Shown one piece after another: positions 58,523 to 64,000 of a stretch of DNA of 64,000 nt. The DNA is taken from positions 19,029-83,028 of the forward strand of contig JBHGUX010000031.1 of the NCBI GenBank assembly GCA_048976605.1. Direction: 5' to 3'. The notes under the pieces are model-generated. The model was not told the DNA's origin. It was given only the letters and a program-made list of their open reading frames with translations, and did not search any database. Position 1 is the stretch's first letter, and every line of letters starts with the position of its first letter. The stretch comes from Candidatus Pristimantibacillus sp. (GTDB lineage Bacteria > Bacillota > Bacilli > Paenibacillales > Paenibacillaceae). A program made the position numbers and the translations under genes.

Positions 58523-59548
58523 TTGGGAGGAATCGAGATGAACAGACGGGTATGGATGTCGCTGCTGCTTGCAGTGACGCTACTTGCAACTGCGGTACTT
58601 GCGGGCTGCGGCGGTGGCAATAAGGGAAATACGAAAATTGTAATTGGGGAGGTAACTAGATCACTTTTTTATGCGCCTGAATATGTTGCAGTGGCGAAAG
58701 GATTTTTTGAGGAAGAGGGACTTGATGTTGAGTTGACGACGACGCCAGGCGGTGACAAGACGATGACTGCGCTTTTGTCGAATGCGATTGATGTGGCGCT
58801 TGTTGGTTCTGAAACTTCCCTCTATGTACAGCAACAAGGAACGGATGATCCTGTCATTAACTTTGCACAACTGACGCAAACAGATGGCACATTCCTAGTG
58901 GCGCGTGAACAAGATGATTCATTTGATTGGGATAAATTAAAAGGGACTGTCTTCTTGGGGCAAAGAAAAGGTGGAATGCCGCAAATGGCAGGTGAGTTCA
59001 CATTGAAAAAGTATGGCATTGATCCGCAAAAAGATCTTGAATTGATTCAAAATGTCGATTTTGCGAATATTTCTGCAGCGTTTGCATCTGGTACTGGTAA
59101 ATATGTACAGTTGTTTGAGCCTACTGCTTCTATTTTTGAGAAGGAAGGCCAAGGTCATGTTGTTGCATCGTTTGGTGTTGAGAGCGGGCATTTGCCATAC
59201 ACGGTATTCATGACTAAGCAAAGCTATATTAAGAAAAATAAAGAGGCTGTTCAATCTTTTACTAATGCAATTCATAAAGCACAACTTTGGGTAGCAAATA
59301 ATAGTGCGGAATCAATTGCCGATGTTGTCATTCCATTCTTTAAAGATGTTGACCGAGATATTGTAATAAGTTCTATCAATCGTTATAAAGAGCAAGGCTC
59401 GTATGCTGCGGACCCTATTATAGATGAGGCGGAATGGAATAATTTATTGGATGTCATGTCATCTGCTGGCGAGCTGAAACAGCGCACGGAGCATGATGTA
59501 ATTGTAAACAATACTTTTGCCGAGAAAGCGATCAATGAATTGAAATAG
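58523..59548 (+). CDS. ABC transporter substrate-binding lipoprotein, NMT1/SsuA family (YtlA-like)
   Basis: Lipobox LAGC, EVTRSLFYAPEYVA, GQRKGGMP. Confidence 0.92.
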   Translation: MGGIEMNRRVWMSLLLAVTLLATAVLAGCGGGNKGNTKIVIGEVTRSLFYAPEYVAVAKGFFEEEGLDVELTTTPGGDKTMTALLSNAIDVALVGSETSLYVQQQGTDDPVINFAQLTQTDGTFLVAREQDDSFDWDKLKGTVFLGQRKGGMPQMAGEFTLKKYGIDPQKDLELIQNVDFANISAAFASGTGKYVQLFEPTASIFEKEGQGHVVASFGVESGHLPYTVFMTKQSYIKKNKEAVQSFTNAIHKAQLWVANNSAESIADVVIPFFKDVDRDIVISSINRYKEQGSYAADPIIDEAEWNNLLDVMSSAGELKQRTEHDVIVNNTFAEKAINELK

Positions 59549-59570
59549 TTCGGCAACTGGAGGGGAGAAG

Positions 59571-60365
59571 ATGGCTGATGACGCTCTGATGCTGGAGCTT
59601 CAGCGTGTATCTCATGTGTATGTTAATGACAAAGGAGCATCGCTTGCGGTTGAGGAGTTAGACCTGACTGTAGAGCGTGGAGAGTTTGTCAGTCTCGTCG
59701 GTCCAAGCGGTTGCGGCAAAACGACTGTGCTCAGCATGCTGGCCGGCTTGCTGCCTCCGACCCTTGGTACGGTTAAGTTAAATGGGGAGTTGGTAAGAGG
59801 GCCATCAACGAAAGTAGGTTATATGCTGCAGCAGGATTATTTGTTCCCTTGGAGAACAATTCGCGATAATGCAGCAATAGGACTGGAAATTATTAAGAAG
59901 AAGACAGAAGCTACGCTAGCAGAAGTAGACGCGCTTCTTAGTGAATTAGGGTTGCCAGGCTCAGGGGAACGTTATCCGTATGAGCTTTCTGGAGGTATGC
60001 GCCAGCGCATTGCGCTGGCTCGTACATTAGCAACAGAGCCAGATGTATTGTTGTTAGATGAGCCTTTCTCTGCACTCGATTTGCAAATAAAGCTTCAACT
60101 GGAGGATTTAGTTCAACAAACATTGAAGCGACTCGGTAAAACCGCTGTACTGGTCACTCATGATTTGGCTGAAGCTGTTGCAATGAGTGATCGAGTGATC
60201 GTACTTGCAGCCAACCCAGGTAGAATTGTATCAGAGTTTCAAATACCTGATGTAATTAGACAGGCTTCGCCGATGGAAGCTAGAAAGCTGCCAGGTTTTC
60301 AGGACGTTTTTGAACAGCTGTGGGCGGAACTGGATGTGGCGGAAGGTGGGTTCGACAATGAATGA
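59571..60365 (+). CDS. ABC transporter ATPase (TauB/SsuB-like)
   Basis: GPSGCGKTT, LSGGMRQR, LLLDEPF. Confidence 0.95.
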   Translation: MADDALMLELQRVSHVYVNDKGASLAVEELDLTVERGEFVSLVGPSGCGKTTVLSMLAGLLPPTLGTVKLNGELVRGPSTKVGYMLQQDYLFPWRTIRDNAAIGLEIIKKKTEATLAEVDALLSELGLPGSGERYPYELSGGMRQRIALARTLATEPDVLLLDEPFSALDLQIKLQLEDLVQQTLKRLGKTAVLVTHDLAEAVAMSDRVIVLAANPGRIVSEFQIPDVIRQASPMEARKLPGFQDVFEQLWAELDVAEGGFDNE

Positions 60366-61311
60366 TAATAATGGAGCCGATGATCTGCTACAAGAGATAC
60401 CAGGAAAAGAATGTAATACAAAGAATGAGTATACCAGCGAATATTCTATAGATGAGCAAGAGCAACAGGAGCGTGTTGTCATATCGGGAATTCAAGAGGA
60501 TCGAACGCATTGGATGGGAGAATTGCAAGAGCGGTACAAACGACGGGCAAAACGAACTACTAGAGCAGTTGGAATCACACAAGCAGCAATATTAGTATTG
60601 TTTGTTGCATTGTGGGAAGCTGCGGGTAAGCTGAAGTGGATCGATCCGTTGCTATTCAGCTATCCTTCGAAGCTGTTTCATCAGCTTTGGAGTACAATGT
60701 CTGACGGTTCTATTTGGCCGCATATTGGAATGACCGTATCTGAGACAGCATTGGGCTTTGCGCTTGGCACGTTGCTTGGAACCGCAATAGCAGCATTGAT
60801 GTGGTGGTTTCCTTTTTTATCAAGAGTATTGGATCCGTATATGGTCGTTCTAAACAGTATGCCTAAGGTAGCGTTAGGTCCTATCTTTATCGTATTGCTT
60901 GGACCAGGATTTATGTCAATTGTGGCAGTGACATTATCGGTGACGGTCATCATTACAACTTTAAATATTTATAATCAGTTTCGGGAAATAGATGCGGGAT
61001 ATATTAAGGTGGTAAGACTATTCGGCGCTAATCGAGCACAGTTATTTCGACTTGTTATTTTACCAGCATCATTCCCTGTCATTATTTCTGCACTTAAAGT
61101 GAATGTCGGTCTAGCGTGGGTTGGTGTCATTGTTGGAGAATTTCTCGTCGCACAAGTAGGACTTGGCTATTTGATTATTTACGGATTCCAAGTGTTTAAC
61201 TTCACACTTGTCCTATCAAGTCTAGTTGTAATCGGAGTAGTTGCCACTATTATGTATCAACTTGTGGCAATATTGGAACGAAAGTTGACGTCAGGATGGC
61301 GAGAACGTTAG
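60358..61311 (+). CDS. ABC transporter permease (TauC/SsuC-like)
   Basis: PKVALGP, GANRAQLFRLVILPAS, GVIVGEF, GLGYLI. Confidence 0.92.
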   Translation: MNDNNGADDLLQEIPGKECNTKNEYTSEYSIDEQEQQERVVISGIQEDRTHWMGELQERYKRRAKRTTRAVGITQAAILVLFVALWEAAGKLKWIDPLLFSYPSKLFHQLWSTMSDGSIWPHIGMTVSETALGFALGTLLGTAIAALMWWFPFLSRVLDPYMVVLNSMPKVALGPIFIVLLGPGFMSIVAVTLSVTVIITTLNIYNQFREIDAGYIKVVRLFGANRAQLFRLVILPASFPVIISALKVNVGLAWVGVIVGEFLVAQVGLGYLIIYGFQVFNFTLVLSSLVVIGVVATIMYQLVAILERKLTSGWRER

Positions 61312-61349
61312 GATGGATGTAAATATTACCTGCAGCGAGGAAACGATCA

Positions 61350-62318
61350 ATGGGCATTCGAATTATTAAAACGGCATTAGCAACGATAGCAGCTATCTAT
61401 ACTGCTGTGTATTTACAACTTGAAACTCCGCTTGGGGCGGGAATTCTTGCGATACTTGGCGTGGAAGTAAGCCGGATGAAGGGACTGAAAAGCGCCCTCG
61501 TCCGGTTTGTTGCTTCTGTGCTGGGTTTATTTTTTGCTTCGCTTATTTTTACGGTGTTTGGGTTTCATATTTGGGTGTTGGCCTTGTATATTCTCATCAC
61601 TTTTTCAATTCTGGCGCGGTTTCAGTTGAATAATGGGATGGTTACCAGTGCGGTCATCGTATTTCACTTGTTCAATAAAGAGGAAGTAACGGTACAAATT
61701 ATTGGGAATGAAATCATGTTGCTGTTAGCAGGATTGGGATGGGCGACCATTATCAATCTCATTTATATGCCGAAGGACAAGCATATATTGGAATCGTTAA
61801 AGGAAAAGGTTGAACGATTGTTCGCCGTTATTTTCACAGAAATGGCATTAACTTTGCGTGAGCCTACACATATATGGGATGGGAGTGAGTTGCTTGAGGT
61901 CTTCAGTACGATTGAAGAAGGCGAACGTAGGTCTGTTCTGAATCGTGATAATCGACTTTGGGGGCATGAGCAGTACTGGTTAACTTATTTTGAAATGCGC
62001 AGGCAGCAGTTCGAATCTATTCAAGAAATGCTTGAAGAGCTGGCTTTCGTCTATGAGAGATGGCCGCAGGGTGAACTAATTGCTGAGCTGCTGGAGAAGT
62101 TGTCTGAATATGTGAAATCCGATGTTTATCAGGGCTCCACAGAGAAAAGCTTGTCCGAGCTGAGGCTTATCTTTCGTGCAATGGACCTTCCTAAGACACG
62201 TGAAGAGTTCGAAGTACGCGCTGCATTATTGAAGTTATCACATGAGCTGGAGCGGTATTTGGCAATTGCAAAAAGACTTAAAAAAAGAAAAGTCATTTTA
62301 GACAATCAAGCGCCATAA
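61350..62318 (+). CDS. Aromatic acid exporter family protein (YgaE/YqjA-like)
   Basis: MGIRIIKTALA, SAVIVFH, YFEMRRQQ, PKTREEFEVRA. Confidence 0.88.
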   Translation: MGIRIIKTALATIAAIYTAVYLQLETPLGAGILAILGVEVSRMKGLKSALVRFVASVLGLFFASLIFTVFGFHIWVLALYILITFSILARFQLNNGMVTSAVIVFHLFNKEEVTVQIIGNEIMLLLAGLGWATIINLIYMPKDKHILESLKEKVERLFAVIFTEMALTLREPTHIWDGSELLEVFSTIEEGERRSVLNRDNRLWGHEQYWLTYFEMRRQQFESIQEMLEELAFVYERWPQGELIAELLEKLSEYVKSDVYQGSTEKSLSELRLIFRAMDLPKTREEFEVRAALLKLSHELERYLAIAKRLKKRKVILDNQAP

Positions 62319-62360
62319 AATAAAGAGGGAAAAATTCGTTGATGCGCGGGATAAGAAACA

Positions 62361-62390
62361 GTCACCCTAGACGAATGTCCTGCATACACT
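62361..62390 (+). promoter_or_regulatory. Probable sigma-E promoter of cotE
   Basis: CATACACT -10 (62383-90) with a GTCACCCT -35-like element 14 nt upstream; cotE is sigma-E controlled in B. subtilis. Confidence 0.5.
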
Positions 62391-62424
62391 TTAAATGAAT
62401 GATTGTATGGAGGAGGTTAAATCG

Positions 62425-62988
62425 ATGACTATTGCAGATAAACAGCTTCAAGGTAGAGAAATTATTACAAAAGCTGTCTGCGGAAAAGGTCGTAAGTTTT
62501 CCACTGTAACCCATACCGTAACGCCGCCTCATCATCCGACCAGCATTTTGGGCGCATGGATTATCAACCATCAATATGAAGCGGTTCGATCGGGCGACGG
62601 CATTGAGGTGATCGGTACTTACGATATCAACATTTGGTATTCGTACAGCAAAAATTCGCAAACTGATGTAGCAAAAGAATCCGTTAGTTATGTTGAGCAT
62701 GTTCCACTCTCGTATGTAGATCCGAAGCATAGGACTGCTACGGAGGAAGTGTCAGCTGAGGTTCTCCAAGAACCTAACTGCATTGAAGCGAATATCTCAT
62801 CAGGCGGGTCAAGCGTCGTTATTCGCGTTGAACGCGAGTACGCGGTGGAAATGATCGCAGAAACGAAGGTTTGGGTTGCAGTCTTCCCGGGCGGTTACGA
62901 CGACCAGGATGGCAAAGATCTAGATTTCGGTATCGGCGATGGAGATTACGAAGATTTGGATCCGGACCTACTGGACGACGAGCTTTAA
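62425..62988 (+). CDS. cotE: Outer spore coat morphogenetic protein CotE
   Basis: REIITKAVCGKGRKFS, SILGAWIINH, YDINIWYSY; GGAGG RBS before ATG 62425. Confidence 0.95.
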   Translation: MTIADKQLQGREIITKAVCGKGRKFSTVTHTVTPPHHPTSILGAWIINHQYEAVRSGDGIEVIGTYDINIWYSYSKNSQTDVAKESVSYVEHVPLSYVDPKHRTATEEVSAEVLQEPNCIEANISSGGSSVVIRVEREYAVEMIAETKVWVAVFPGGYDDQDGKDLDFGIGDGDYEDLDPDLLDDEL

Positions 62989-63108
62989 TCCGGAAACACA
63001 ATCTTTACAGTATGATATGCCGCTCCGGCGGCAAATTCGAGGGCGAAAGCCCTCTTTTTGTTGAATATGGGTAATAGCACATTAAATGAGCAAAAGAAGG
63101 TGGCGGCA

Positions 63109-64000
63109 TTGTCAGCGACTTGGCTTTGGCAGGGCGATTATGAAGGGATGGAACGGGTATCTACGGCTCCTGAAGCCTCCGGTTCAATAGGAAGCTGGTC
63201 AGAAGTGAAGCCTGAGGATGCTGTATTTGTGCTTGAGGAAAGTCGCATGATTGAATTGTGGCGCTTTCCAAATGCAACGGTGTTCAATGCTGGCGTTGCC
63301 GCCGCCTCAATTATGTCCATTACAGAGAAGCTTAGAAAATGGAGCAGAGCGGGATTAACTCGATCTGCTCTAGAGGACGAGCGTTTGTATAGAGTAAGTG
63401 TCGTACATCTAGAGCTTGTTGAACTAATGCGGATTAATAGCCGCGGTCAACCGCTTGGGAAAGGCAAGGCGATACTGCGGTTAGATGCTGGGATGATCGA
63501 GCATGATGAGTTGTTATGGCCGGATGATCCAGTGTTGCGTCGTGTTGTGCGAACAGCAGTAAGTGCTCTTTATGCAATTGGCCTCGATATGGGGGAAGCA
63601 GATATTGCCCTTTGTGGAGACGGAGGTACTGCAGTACGGGATGCTAGATCCATACAAGATGAGTCGCTGCGTATGATGGCTTTACGCAGGTTTGCAGTAT
63701 GGCACACGTTAATACAAGCCGATGCCGAGGCAATGGAGGGGAAAAAGCTGCTTATAGGGGCTGATCCAGAGTTTGTACTCCTTCGCCCTGATGGTAAAAT
63801 TGCACCAGCTTCACGCTTCCTTGGTGAAGGGGTGAACAACGCGGCAGGCAGCGATGCGATGCTAATTGGGAAACGGATTGTTTATCCCGTTGCTGAATTG
63901 CGCCCTGAACCGGCAGCAGATCCGACGACGCTTGCGAGGCACGTGCAACGGCTGTTGCACCGCGCAGCAGCAAAGATTGATGATGCCAGCCTGCGCTGGG
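63109..64000 (+). CDS. Partial putative amidoligase (COOH-NH2 ligase type 2 / YheCD-cluster-like)
   Basis: Open frame from TTG 63109 (or ATG 63067) to the window end, missed by the track; LIGADPEFVL and AELRPEPA motifs. Confidence 0.75.
   Translation, partial: MSATWLWQGDYEGMERVSTAPEASGSIGSWSEVKPEDAVFVLEESRMIELWRFPNATVFNAGVAAASIMSITEKLRKWSRAGLTRSALEDERLYRVSVVHLELVELMRINSRGQPLGKGKAILRLDAGMIEHDELLWPDDPVLRRVVRTAVSALYAIGLDMGEADIALCGDGGTAVRDARSIQDESLRMMALRRFAVWHTLIQADAEAMEGKKLLIGADPEFVLLRPDGKIAPASRFLGEGVNNAAGSDAMLIGKRIVYPVAELRPEPAADPTTLARHVQRLLHRAAAKIDDASLRW

Noticed and set aside
63018-63060. Two hairpins after cotE (GCCGC-TCCG-GCGGC; GAGGGC-GAAA-GCCCTC plus T-run) as an sRNA
   Set aside because: Adequately explained as the cotE 3' UTR and intrinsic terminator
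370-63973. Numerous short antisense or overlapping ORFs in the six-frame track
   Set aside because: They lie within confidently assigned genes on the other strand or frame and lack motifs, so they are shadow ORFs

Overview
64 kb of chromosome from a spore-forming Bacillota member, most likely Paenibacillaceae (cotE, Paenibacillus-type cohesin/dockerin protein, Paenibacillus-like palindromic intergenic repeats). Core content includes greA, cysJI, a complete rbsRKDACB ribose operon, ahpCF, ybaK, an M32 carboxypeptidase, a YtlACD-like ABC transporter and cotE, interleaved with small accessory genes and several gene relics. No rRNA, tRNA, CRISPR array or intact mobile element was found. The strongest candidates for new biology are five. 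(1) An AT-rich three-gene islet at 39.6-45.1 kb: a PHP+SMC-like ATPase (Ppl/TrlF type), a DUF5677/HEPN-like protein and an unannotated PD-(D/E)xK nuclease-like protein, probably anti-phage defence. (2) A translationally coupled methyltransferase / FAD oxidoreductase / SRPBCC cyclase / FabF-like ketosynthase operon at 48.4-52.0 kb with no ACP or chain-length factor. (3) An IS1595-derived gene that appears to lack its catalytic residues and has a LexA box inside a consensus sigma-A promoter (57 kb). (4) A secreted GH136-like beta-helix enzyme followed by an LnbY-like putative folding partner (15.4-19.7 kb). (5) A 100-bp-period tandem array enclosed by 200-bp hairpin-rich direct repeats (1.55-2.39 kb). 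All family assignments come from motif recognition by eye, not from database searches.
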